Assembly: GCA_964276515.1 (NCBI GenBank)
Contig: OZ193909.1
Span: 9,114,001 to 9,178,000, forward strand
Direction of reading: 5' to 3'
Length of the DNA: 64,000 nucleotides
From: Gordius albopunctatus
Lineage: Eukaryota
Shown one piece after another: positions 42,901 to 55,600 of this stretch. The number at the start of each line of letters is the position of its first letter. The first letter of the stretch is position 1. The notes below the pieces were generated by a model. It was not told where the DNA came from, ran no database searches, and saw only the letters and a list, made by a program, of their open reading frames with translations. A program made the translations under genes and the position numbers.

Positions 42901-45496
42901 TATCACAATTAGATAACTATTAATTTGAAATAATCATCGCATATAGCATGTTTCAAAAATTCAGCACTCTCGTCGCGATGAAACAAACTAATCGCAACAA
43001 TATAACGTTGTCTTTCCTCAAAATGATAGTTCTCGCAGCTTAAAACTTCTTATAAGGAGTCGATCGAGATTAATCAGAATCTCAAATTAGCTTACTTTTA
43101 TATATTTTTTCAAGCTCTTTTACATAAAATAACAAAAAATATATTTTTTAGCTCAAAGTATTTAAAATTATTTCCATTAAACCATATTCATCCGATGAAA
43201 GTTGTTATTTTCAGACGTGATTTCCATGATAAGAAGTAAAAATTTATCACAATTAGATAACTACTACTTTGAAATAATCATCGCATATAGCATGTTTCAA
43301 AAATTCAGCACTCTAGTCGCGATGAAACAAACTAATCGCAACAATATAACGTTGTCTTTCCTCAAAATGATAGTTCTCGCAGCTTAAAACTTCTTATAAG
43401 GAGTCGATCGAGATTAATCAGAATCTCAAATTAGCTTACTTTTATATATTTTTTCAACCTCTTTTACATAAAATAACAAAAAATATATTTTTTTAGCTCA
43501 AAATATTTAAAATTATTTCCATTAAACCATATTCATCCGATGAAAGTTGTTATTTTCAGACGTGATTTCCATGATAAGAAGTAAAAATTTATCACAATTA
43601 GATAACTATTAATTTGAAATAATCATCGCATATAGCATGTTTCAAAAATTCAGCACTCTAGTCGCGATGAAACAAACTAATCGCAACAATATAACGTTGT
43701 CTTTCCTCAAAATGATAGTTCTCGCAGCTTAAAACTTCTTATAAGGAGTCGATCGAGATTAATCAGAATCTCAAATTAGCTTACTTTTATATATTTTTTC
43801 AAGCTCTTTTACATAAAATAACAAAAAATATATTTTTTTAGCTCAAAATATTTAAAATTATTTCCATTAACACATATTCATCCGATGAAAGTTGTTATTT
43901 TCAGACGTGATTTCCATGATAAGAAGTAAAAATTTATCACAATTAGATAACTATTACTTTGAAATAATCATCGCATCTAGCATGTTTCAAAAATTCAGCA
44001 CTCTAGTCGCGATGAAACAAACTAATCGCAACAATATAACATTGTCTTTCCTCAAAATGATAGTTCTCGCAGCTTAAAACTTCTTATAAGGAGTCGATCG
44101 AGATTAATCAGAATCTCAAATTAGCTTACTTTTATATATTTTTTCAAGCTCTTTTACATAAAATAACAAAAAATATATTTTTTTAGCTCAAAATATTTAA
44201 AATTATTTCCATTAACACATATTCATCCGATGAAAGTTGTTATTTTCAGACGTGATTTCAATGATAAGAAGTAAAAATTTATCACAATTAGATAACTACT
44301 ACTTTGAAATAATCATCGCATATAGCATGTTTCAAAAATTCAGCACTCTAGTCGCGATGAAACAAACTAATCGCAACAATATAACATTGTCTTTATTCAA
44401 AATGATAGTTCTCGCAGCTTAAAAGTTCTTATAAGGAGTCGATCGAGATTAATCAGAATCTCAAAGTAGCTTACTTTTATATATTTTTTCAAGCTCTTTT
44501 ACATAAAATAACAAAAAATATATTTTTTAGCTCAAAGTATTTAAAATTATTTCCATTAAACCATATTCATCCGATGAAAGTTGTTATTTTCAGACGTGAT
44601 TTCCATGATAAGAAGTAAAAATTTATCACAATTAGATAACTACTACTTTGAAATAATCATCGCATATAGCATGTTTCAAAAATTCAGCACTCTAGTCGCG
44701 ATGAAACAAACTAATCGCAACAATATAACATTGTCTTTATTCAAAATGATAGTTCTCGCAGCTTAAAACTTCTTATAAGGAGTCGATCGAGATTAATCAG
44801 AATCTCAAATTAGCTTACTTTTATATATTTTTTCAAGCTCTTTTACATAAAATAACAAAAAATATATTTTTTAGCTCAAAGTATTTAAAATTATTTCCAT
44901 TAAACCATATTCATCCGATGAAAGTTGTTATTTTCAGACGTGATTTCCATGATAAGAAGTAAAAATTTATCACAATTAGATAACTACTACTTTGAAATAA
45001 TCATCGCATATAGCATGTTTCAAAAATTCAGCACTCTAGTCGCGATGAAACAAACTAATCGCAACAATATAACGTTGTCTTTCCTCAAAATGATAGTTCT
45101 CGCAGCTTAAAACTTCTTATAAGGAGTCGATCGAGATTAATCAGAATCTCCAATTAGCTTACTTTTATATATTTTTTCAACCTCTTTTACATAAAATAAC
45201 AAAAAATATATTTTTTTAGCTCAAAATATTTAAAATTATTTCCATTAAACCATATTCATCCGATGAAAGTTGTTATTTTTAGACGTGATTTCCATGATAA
45301 GAAGTAAAAATTTATCACAATTAGACAACTATTAATTTGAAATAATCATCGCATATAGCATGTTTCAAAAATTCAGCACTCTAGTCGCGATGAAACAAAC
45401 TAATCGCAACAATATAACGTTGTCTTTCCTCAAAATGATAGTTCTCGCAGCTTAAAACTTCTTATAAGGAGTCGATCGAGATTAATCAGAATCTCC

Positions 45497-48400
45497 AATT
45501 AGCTTACTTTTATATATTTTTTCAACCTCTTTTACATAAAATAACAAAAAATATATTTTTTTAGCTCAAAATATTTAAAATTATTTCCATTAAACCATAT
45601 TCATCCGATGAAAGTTGTTATTTTCAGACGTGATTTCCATGATAAGAAGTAAAAATTTATCACAATTAGACAACTATTAATTTGAAATAATCATCGCATA
45701 TAGCATGTTTCAAAAATTCAGCACTCTCGTCGCGATGAAACAAACTAATCGCAACAATATAACGTTGTCTTTCCTCAAAATTATAGTTCCCGCAGCTTAA
45801 AACTTCTTATAAGGAGTCGATCGAGATTAATCAGAATCTCAAATTAGCTTACTTTTATATATTTTTTCAAGCTCTTTTACATAAAATAACAAAAATTATA
45901 TTTTTTTAGCTCAAAATATTTAAAATTATTTCCATTAACACATATTCATCCGATGAAAGTTGTTATTTTCAGACGTGTATTCCATGATAAGAAGTAAAAA
46001 TTTATCACAATTAGATAACTATTAATTTGAAATAATCATCGCATATAGCATGTTTCAAAAATTCAGCACTCTCGTCGCGATGAAACAAACTAATCGCAAC
46101 AATATAACGTTGTCTTTCCTCAAAATGATAGTTCTCGCAGCTTAAAACTTCTTATAAGGAGTCGATCGAGATTAATCAGAATCTCAAATTAGCTTACTTT
46201 TATATATTTTTTCAAGCTCTTTTACATAAAATAACAAAAAATATATTTTTTTAGCTCAAAATATTTAAAATTATTTCCATTAACACATATTCATCCGATG
46301 AAAGTTGTTATTTTCAGACGTGATTTCCATGATAAGAAGTAAAAATTTATCACAATTAGATAACTACTACTTTGAAATAATCATCGCATATAGTATGTTT
46401 CAAAAATTCAGCACTCTAGTCGCGATGAAACAAACTAATCGCAACAATATAACATTGTCTTTATTCAAAATGATAGTTCTCGCAGCTTAAAACTTCTTAT
46501 AAGGAGTCGATCGAGATTAATCAGAATCTCAAATTAGCTTACTTTTATATATTTTTTCAAGCTCTTTTACATAAAATAACAAAAAATATATTTTTTAGCT
46601 CAAAGTATTTAAAATTATTTCCATTAAACCATATTCATCCGATGAAAGTTGTTATTTTCAGACGTGATTTCCATGATAAGAAGTAAAAATTTATCACAAT
46701 TAGATAACTACTACTTTGAAATAATCATCGCATATAGCATGTTTCAAAAATTCAGCACTCTAGTCGCGATGAAACAAACTAATCGCAACAATATAACGTT
46801 GTCTTTCTTCAAAATGATAGTTCTCGCAGCTTAAAACTTCTTATAAGGAGTCGATCGAGATTAATCAGAATCTCAAATTAGCTTACTTTTATATATTTTT
46901 TCAACCTCTTTTACATAAAATAACAAAAAATATATTTTTTTAGCTCAAAATATTTAAAATTATTTCCATTAAACCATATTCATCCGATGAAAGTTGTTAT
47001 TTTCAGACGTGATTTCCATGATAAGAAGTAAAAATTTATCACAATTAGATAACTATTACTTTGAAATCATCATCGCATATAGCATGTTTCAAAAATTCAG
47101 AACTCTCGTCGCGATAAAACAAACTAATCGCAACAATATAACATTGTCTTTCCTCAAAATGATAGTTCTCGCAGCTTAAAACTTCTTATAAGGAGTCGAT
47201 CGAGATTAATAGGAATCTCAAATTAGCTTACTTTTATATATTTTTTCAACCTCTTTTACATAAAATAACAAAAAATATATTTTTTTAGCTCAAAATATTT
47301 AAAATTATTTCCATTAAACCATATTCATCCGATGAAAGTTGTTATTTTCAGACGTGATTTCCATGATAAGAAGTAAAAATTTATCACAATTAGACAACTA
47401 TTAATTTGAAATAATCATCGCATATAGCATGTTTCAAAAATTCAGCACTCTCGTCGCGATGAAACAAACTAATCGCAACAATATAACGTTGTCTTTCCTC
47501 AAAATTATAGTTCCCGCAGCTTAAAACTTCTTATAAGGAGTCGATCGAGATTAATCAGAATCTCAAATTAGCTTACTTTTATATATTTTTTCAAGCTCTT
47601 TTACATAAAATAACAAAAATTATATTTTTTTAGCTCAAAATATTTAAAATTATTTCCATTAACACATATTCATCCGATGAAAGTTGTTATTTTCAGACGT
47701 GTATTCCATGATAAGAAGTAAAAATTTATCACAATTAGATAACTATTAATTTGAAATAATCATCGCATATAGCATGTTTCAAAAATTCAGCACTCTCGTC
47801 GCGATGAAACAAACTAATCGCAACAATATAACGTTGTCTTTCCTCAAAATGATAGTTCTCGCAGCTTAAAACTTCTTATAAGGAGTCGATCGAGATTAAT
47901 CAGAATCTCAAATTAGCTTACTTTTATATATTTTTTCAAGCTCTTTTACATAAAATAACAAAAAATATATTTTTTTAGCTCAAAATATTTAAAATTATTT
48001 CCATTAACACATATTCATCCGATGAAAGTTGTTATTTTCAGACGTGATTTCCATGATAAGAAGTAAAAATTTATCACAATTAGATAACTACTACTTTGAA
48101 ATAATCATCGCATATAGTATGTTTCAAAAATTCAGCACTCTAGTCGCGATGAAACAAACTAATCGCAACAATATAACATTGTCTTTATTCAAAATGATAG
48201 TTCTCGCAGCTTAAAACTTCTTATAAGGAGTCGATCGAGATTAATCAGAATCTCAAATTAGCTTACTTTTATATATTTTTTCAAGCTCTTTTACATAAAA
48301 TAACAAAAAATATATTTTTTAGCTCAAAGTATTTAAAATTATTTCCATTAAACCATATTCATCCGATGAAAGTTGTTATTTTCAGACGTGATTTCCATGA

Positions 48401-49084
48401 TAAGAAGTAAAAATTTATCACAATTAGATAACTACTACTTTGAAATAATCATCGCATATAGCATGTTTCAAAAATTCAGCACTCTAGTCGCGATGAAACA
48501 AACTAATCGCAACAATATAACGTTGTCTTTCCTCAAAATGATAGTTCTCGCAGCTTAAAACTTCTTATAAGGAGTCGATCGAGATTAATCAGAATCTCAA
48601 ATTAGCTTACTTTTATATATTTTTTCAACCTCTTTTACATAAAATAACAAAAAATATATTTTTTTAGCTCAAAATATTTAAAATTATTTCCATTAAACCA
48701 TATTCATCCGATGAAAGTTGTTATTTTCAGACGTGATTTCCATGATAAGAAGTAAAAATTTATCACAATTAGATAACTATTACTTTGAAATCATCATCGC
48801 ATATAGCATGTTTCAAAAATTCAGAACTCTCGTCGCGATAAAACAAACTAATCGCAACAATATAACATTGTCTTTCCTCAAAATGATAGTTCTCGCAGCT
48901 TAAAACTTCTTATAAGGAGTCGATCGAGATTAATAGGAATCTCAAATTAGCTTACTTTTATATATTTTTTCAACCTCTTTTACATAAAATAACAAAAAAT
49001 ATATTTTTTTAGCTCAAAATATTTAAAATTATTTCCATTAAACCATATTCATCCGATGAAAGTTGTTATTTTCAGACGTGATTT
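45497..49084. repeat. Higher-order 5-monomer tandem duplication (period 1724 bp)
   Basis: Offsets of 1724 bp (46305/48029, 46649/48373, 46994/48718). Shared rare variants: TAGACAACTATTAAT (~45667/47391) and CAAAAATTATA (~45890/47614). Confidence 0.88.
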
Positions 49085-52000
49085 TCATGATAAGAAGTAA
49101 AAATTTATCACAATTAGATAACTATTACTTTGAAATCATCATCGCATATAGCATGTTTCAAAAATTCAGCACTCTCGTCGCGATGAAACAAACTAATCGC
49201 AATAATATAACGTTGTCTTTCCTCAAAATGATAGTTCTCGCAGCTTAAAACTTCTTATAAGGAGTCGATCGAGATTAATAGGAATCTAAAATTAGCTTAC
49301 TTTTATATATTTTTTCAAGCTCTTTTACATAAAATAACAAAAAATATATTTTTTTAGCTCAAAATATTTCAAATTTTTTCCATTAAACCATATTCATCCG
49401 ATGAAAGTTGTTATTTTCAGACGTGATTTTCATAAGAAGTAAAAATTTATCACAATTAGATAATACTTTGAAATCATCATCGCATATAGCATGTTTCAAA
49501 AATTCAGCACTCTCGTCGCAATGAAACAAACTAATCGCAACAATATAACGTTGTCTTTCCTCAAAATCATAGTTCTCGCAGCTTAAAACTTCTTATAAGG
49601 ATTCGATCGAGAATAATAGGATTCTCAAATTAGCTTACTTATATATATATATATTTTTTCAAGTTCTTTTACATAAAATAACAAAATATATATTTTTTAG
49701 CTCAAAATATTTAAAATTTTTTCCATTAAAACATATTCATCCGATGAAAGTTGTTATTTTCAGACGTGATTTCCATATAAGAAGTAAAAATTTATCACAA
49801 TTAGATAACTATTACTTTGAAATCATCATCGCATATAGCATGTTTCAAAAATTCAGAACTCTCGTCGCGATAAAACAAACTAATCGCAACAATATAACAT
49901 TGTCTTTCCTCAAAATGATAGTTCTCGCAGCTTAAAACTTCTTATAAGGAGTCGATCGAGATTAATAGGAATCTCAAATTAGCTTACTTTTATATATTTT
50001 TCCAAGCTCTTTTACATAAAATAACAAAAAATATATTTTTTTAGCTCAAAATATTTAAAATTATTTCCATTAAACCATATTCATCCGAAGAAAGTTGTTA
50101 TTTTCAGACGTGATTTTCATGATAAGAAGTAAAAATTTATCACAATTAGATAACTATTACTTTGAAATCATCATCGCATATAGCATGTTTCAAAAATTCA
50201 GCACTCTCGTCGCGATGAAACAAACTAATCGCAACAATATAACGTTGTCTTTCCTCAAAATGATAGTTCCCGCAGCTTAAAACTTCTTATAAGGAGTCGA
50301 TCGAGATTAATAGGAATCTAAAATTAGCTTACTTTTATACATTTTTTCAAGCTCTTTTACATAAAATAACAAAAAATATATTTTTTTAGCTCAAAATATT
50401 TAAAATTATTTCCATTAACACATATTCATCCGATGAAAGTTGTTATTTTCAGACGTGATTTCCATGATAAGAAGTAAAAATTTATCACAATTAGATAACT
50501 ACTACTTTGAAATAATCATCGCATATAGCATGTTTACAAAATTCAGCACTCTAGTCGCGATGAAACAAACTAATCGCAACAATATAACATTGTCTTTATT
50601 CAAAATGATAGTTCTCGCAGCTTAAAACTTCTTATAAGGAGTCGATCGAGATTAATCAGAATCTCAAATTAGCTTACTTTTATATATTTTTTCAAGCTCT
50701 TTTACATAAAATAACAAAAAATATATTTTTTAGCTCAAAGTATTTAAAATTATTTCCATTAAACCATATTCATCCGATGAAAGTTGTTATTTTCAGACGT
50801 GATTTCCATGATAAGAAGTAAAAATTTATCACAATTAGATAACTACTACTTTGAAATAATCATCGCATATAGCATGTTTCAAAAATTCAGCACTCTAGTC
50901 GCGATGAAACAAACTAATCGCAACAATATAACATTGTCTTTATTCAAAATGATAGTTCTCGCAGCTTAAAACTTCTTATAAGGAGTCGATCGAGATTAAT
51001 CAGAATCTCAAATTAGCTTACTTTTATATATTTTTTCAAGCTCTTTTACATAAAATAACAAAAAATATATTTTTTAGCTCAAAGTATTTAAAATTATTTC
51101 CATTAAACCATATTCATCCGATGAAAGTTGTTATTTTCAGACGTGATTTCCATGATAAGAAGTAAAAATTTATCACAATTAGATAACTACTACTTTGAAA
51201 TAATCATCGCATATAGCATGTTTCAAAAATTCAGCACTCTAGTCGCGATGAAACAAACTAATCGCAACAATATAACGTTGTCTTTCCTCAAAATGATAGT
51301 TCTCGCAGCTTAAAACTTCTTATAAGGAGTCGATCGAGATTAATCAGAATCTCAAATTAGCTTACTTTTATATATTTTTTCAACCTCTTTTACATAAAAT
51401 AACAAAAAATATATTTTTTTAGCTCAAAATATTTAAAATTATTTCCATTAAACCATATTCATCCGATGAAAGTTGTTATTTTCAGACGTGATTTCCATGA
51501 TAAGAAGTAAAAATTTATCACAATTAGATAACTATTACTTTGAAATCATCATCGCATATAGCATGTTTCAAAAATTCAGAACTCTCGTCGCGATAAAACA
51601 AACTAATCGCAACAATATAACATTGTCTTTCCTCAAAATGATAGTTCTCGCAGCTTAAAACTTCTTATAAGGAGTCGATCGAGATTAATAGGAATCTCAA
51701 ATTAGCTTACTTTTATATATTTTTTCAAGCTCTTTTACATAAAATAACAAAAAATATATTTTTTTAGCTCAAAATATTTAAAATTATTTCAATTAAACCA
51801 TATTACTGATGAAAGTTGTTATTTTCAGACGTGATTTTCATGATAAGAAGTAAAAATTTATCACAATTAGATAACTATTACTTTGAAATCATCATCGCAT
51901 ATAGCATGTTTGAAAAATTCAGCACTCTCGTCGCGATGAAACAAACTAATCGCAAGAATATAACGTTGTCTTTCCTCAAAATGATAGTTCTCGCAGCTTA

Positions 52001-52650
52001 AAACTTCTTATAAGGAGTCGATCGAGATTAATAGGAATCTAAAATTAGCTTACTTTTATATATTTTTTCAAGCTCTTTTACATAAAATAACAAAAAATAT
52101 ATTTTTTTAGCTCAAAATATTTCAAATTTTTTCCATTAAACCATATTCATCCGATGAAAGTTGTTATTTTCAGACGTGATTTTCATAAGAAGTAAAAATT
52201 TATCACAATTAGATAATACTTTGAAATCATCATCGCATATAGCATGTTTCAAAAATTCAGCACTCTCGTCGCGATGAAACAAACTAATCGCAACAATATA
52301 ACGTTGTCTTTCCTCAAAATCATAGTTCTCGCAGCTTAAAACTTCTTATAAGGATTCGATCGAGAATAATAGGATTCTCAAATTAGCTTACTTATATATA
52401 TATATATTTTTTCAAGTTCTTTTACATAAAATAACAAAATATATATTTTTTAGCTCAAAATATTTAAAATTTTTTCCATTAAAACATATTCATCCGATGA
52501 AAGTTGTTATTTTCAGACGTGATTTCCATATAAGAAGTAAAAATTTATCACAATTAGATAACTATTACTTTGAAATCATCATCGCATATAGCATGTTTCA
52601 AAAATTCAGAACTCTCGTCGCGATAAAACAAACTAATCGCAACAATATAA
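48120..52650. repeat. Block of about 5 monomers repeated at an 8-monomer spacing (2753-2755 bp)
   Basis: Offsets 48373/51128, 48718/51473, 49063/51816, 49744/52497. Both copies carry the double-deletion monomer, the GAGAAT..ATTCTC junction with (AT)6A-T6, and the CCATATAAG 1-bp deletion. Confidence 0.8.
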
Positions 52651-55600
52651 CGTTGTCTTTCCTCAAAATGATAGTTCTCGCAGCTTAAAACTTCTTAGAA
52701 GGAGTCGATCGAGATTAATAGGAATCTCAAATTAGCTTACTTTTATATATTTTTTCAAGCTCTTTTACATAAAATTACTAAAAATATATTTTTTAGCTCA
52801 AAATATTTATAATTATTTCCATTAACACATATTCATCCGATGAAAGTTGTTATTTTCAGACGTGTATTCCATGATAAGAAGTAAAAATTTATCACAATTA
52901 GATAACTATTAATTTGAAATAATCATCGCATATAGCATGTTTCAAAAATTCAGCACTCTCGTCGCGATGAAACAAACTAATCGCAACAATATAACGTTGT
53001 CTTTCCTCAAAATGATAGTTCTCGCAGCTTAAAACTTCTTAGAAGGAGTCGATCGAGATTAATCAGAATCTCAAATTAGCTTACTTTTATATATTTTTTC
53101 AAGCTCTTTTACATAAAATAACAAAAAAAATATTTTTTTAGCTCAAAATATTTAAAATTATTTCCATTAACACATATTCATCCGATGAAAGTTGTTATTT
53201 TCAGACGTGATTTCCATGATAAGAAGTAAAAATTTATCACAATTAGATAACTACTACTTTGAAATAATCATCGCATATATCATGTTTTAAAAATTCAGCA
53301 CTCTCGTCGCGATGAAAGAAACTAATCGCAACAATATAACGTTTTCTTTCCTCAAAATGATAGTTCTCGCAGCTTAAAACTTCTTATAAGGAGTCGATCG
53401 AGATTAATCAGAATCTCAAATTAGCTTACTTTTATATATTTTTTCAAGCTCTTTTACATAAAATAACAAAAAATATATTTTTTAGCTCAAAATATTTAAA
53501 AATTTTTCCATTAACACATATTCATCAGATGAAAGTTGTTATTTTCAGACGTGTATTCCATGATAAGAAGTAAAAATTTATCACAATTAGATAACTACTA
53601 CTTTGAAATAATCATCGCATATAGTATGTTTCAAAAATTCAGCACTCTAGTCGCGATGAAACAAACTAATCGCAACAATATAACATTGTCTTTATTCAAA
53701 ATGATAGTTCTCGCAGCTTAAAACTTCTTAGAAGGAGTCGATCGAGATTAATCAGAATCTCAAATTAGCTTACTTTTATATATTTTTTCAAGCATTTTTA
53801 CATAAAATAACAAAAAATATATTTTTTAGCTCAAAATATTTATAATTATTTCCATTAACACATATTCATCCGATGAAAGTTGTTATTTTCAGACGTGTAT
53901 TCCATGATAAGAAGTAAAAATTTATCACAATTAGATAACTACTACTTTGAAATAATCATCGCATATAGCATGTTTCAAAAATTCAGCACTCTCGTCGCGA
54001 TGAAACAAACTAATCGCAACAATATAACGTTGTCTTTCCTCAAAATGATAGTTCTCGCAGCTTAAAACTTCTTATAAGGAGTCGATCGAGATTAATAGGA
54101 ATCTTAAATTAGCATACTTTTATATATTTTTTCAAGCTCTTTTACATAAAATAACAAATAATATATTTTTTTAGCTCAAAGTATTTAAAATTATTTCCAT
54201 TAAACCATATTCATCAGATGAAAGTTGTTATTTTCAGACGTGTATTCCATGATAAGAAGTAAAAATTTATCACAATTAGATAACTATTACTTTGAAATAA
54301 TCATCGCATATATCATGTTTTAAAAATTCAGCACTCTCGTCGCGATGAAAGAAACTAATCGCAACAATATAACGTTGTCTTTCCTCAAAATGATAGTTTT
54401 TGCAGCTTAAAACTTATTATAAGGAGTCGATCGAGATTAATCAGAATCTCAAATTAGCTTACTTTTATATATTTTTTCAAGCTCTTTTACATAAAATAAC
54501 AAAAAATATATTTTTTAGCTCAAAATATTTAAAATTTTTTCATTAACACATATTCGTCAGATGAAAGTTGTTATTTTCAGACGTGTATTCCATGATAAGA
54601 AGTAAAAATTTATCACAATTAGATAACTACTACTTTGAAATAATCATCGCATATAGTATGTTTCAAAAATTCAGCACTCTAGTCGCGATGAAACAAACTA
54701 ATCGCAACAATATAACATTGTCTTTATTCAAAATGATAGTTCTCGCAGCTTAAAACTTCTTAGAAGGAGTCGATCGAGATTAATCAGAATCTCAAATTAG
54801 CTTACTTTTATATATTTTTTCAAGCTCTTTTACATAAAATAACAAAAAATATATTTTTTAGCTCAAAATATTTATAATTATTTCCATTAACACATATTCA
54901 TCCGATGAAAGTTGTTATTTTCAGACGTGATTTCCATGATAAGAAGTAAAAATTTATCACAATTAGATAACTATTACTTTGAAATCATCATCGCATATAG
55001 CATGTTTCAAAAATTCAGCACTCTCGTCGCGATGAAAGAAACTAATCGCTACAATATAACGTTGTCTTTCCTCAAAATGATAGTTTTTGCAGCTTAAAAC
55101 TTATTATAAGGAGTCGATCGAGATTAATAGGAATCTAAAATTAGCTTACTTTTATATATTTTTTCAAGCTCTTTTACATAAAATAACAAAAAATATATTT
55201 TTTTGCTCAAAATATTTCAAATTTTTTCCATTAAACCATATTCATCCGATGAAAGTTGTTATTTTCAGACGTGATTTTCATAAGAAGTAAAAATTTATCA
55301 CAATTAGATAATACTTTGAAATCATCATCGCATATAGCATGTTTCAAAAATTCAGCACTCTCGTCGCTATGAAACAAACTAATCGCAACAATATAACATT
55401 GTCTTTATTCAAAATGATAGTTCTCGCAGCTTAAAACTTCTTATAAGGAGTCGATCGAGATTAAGAGGAATCTAAAATTAGCTTACTTTTATATATTTTT
55501 TCAAGCTCTTTTACATAAAATAACAAAATATATTTTTTTAGCTCAAAATATTTAAAATTATTTCCATTAAATCATATTCATCCGATGAAATTTGTTATTT

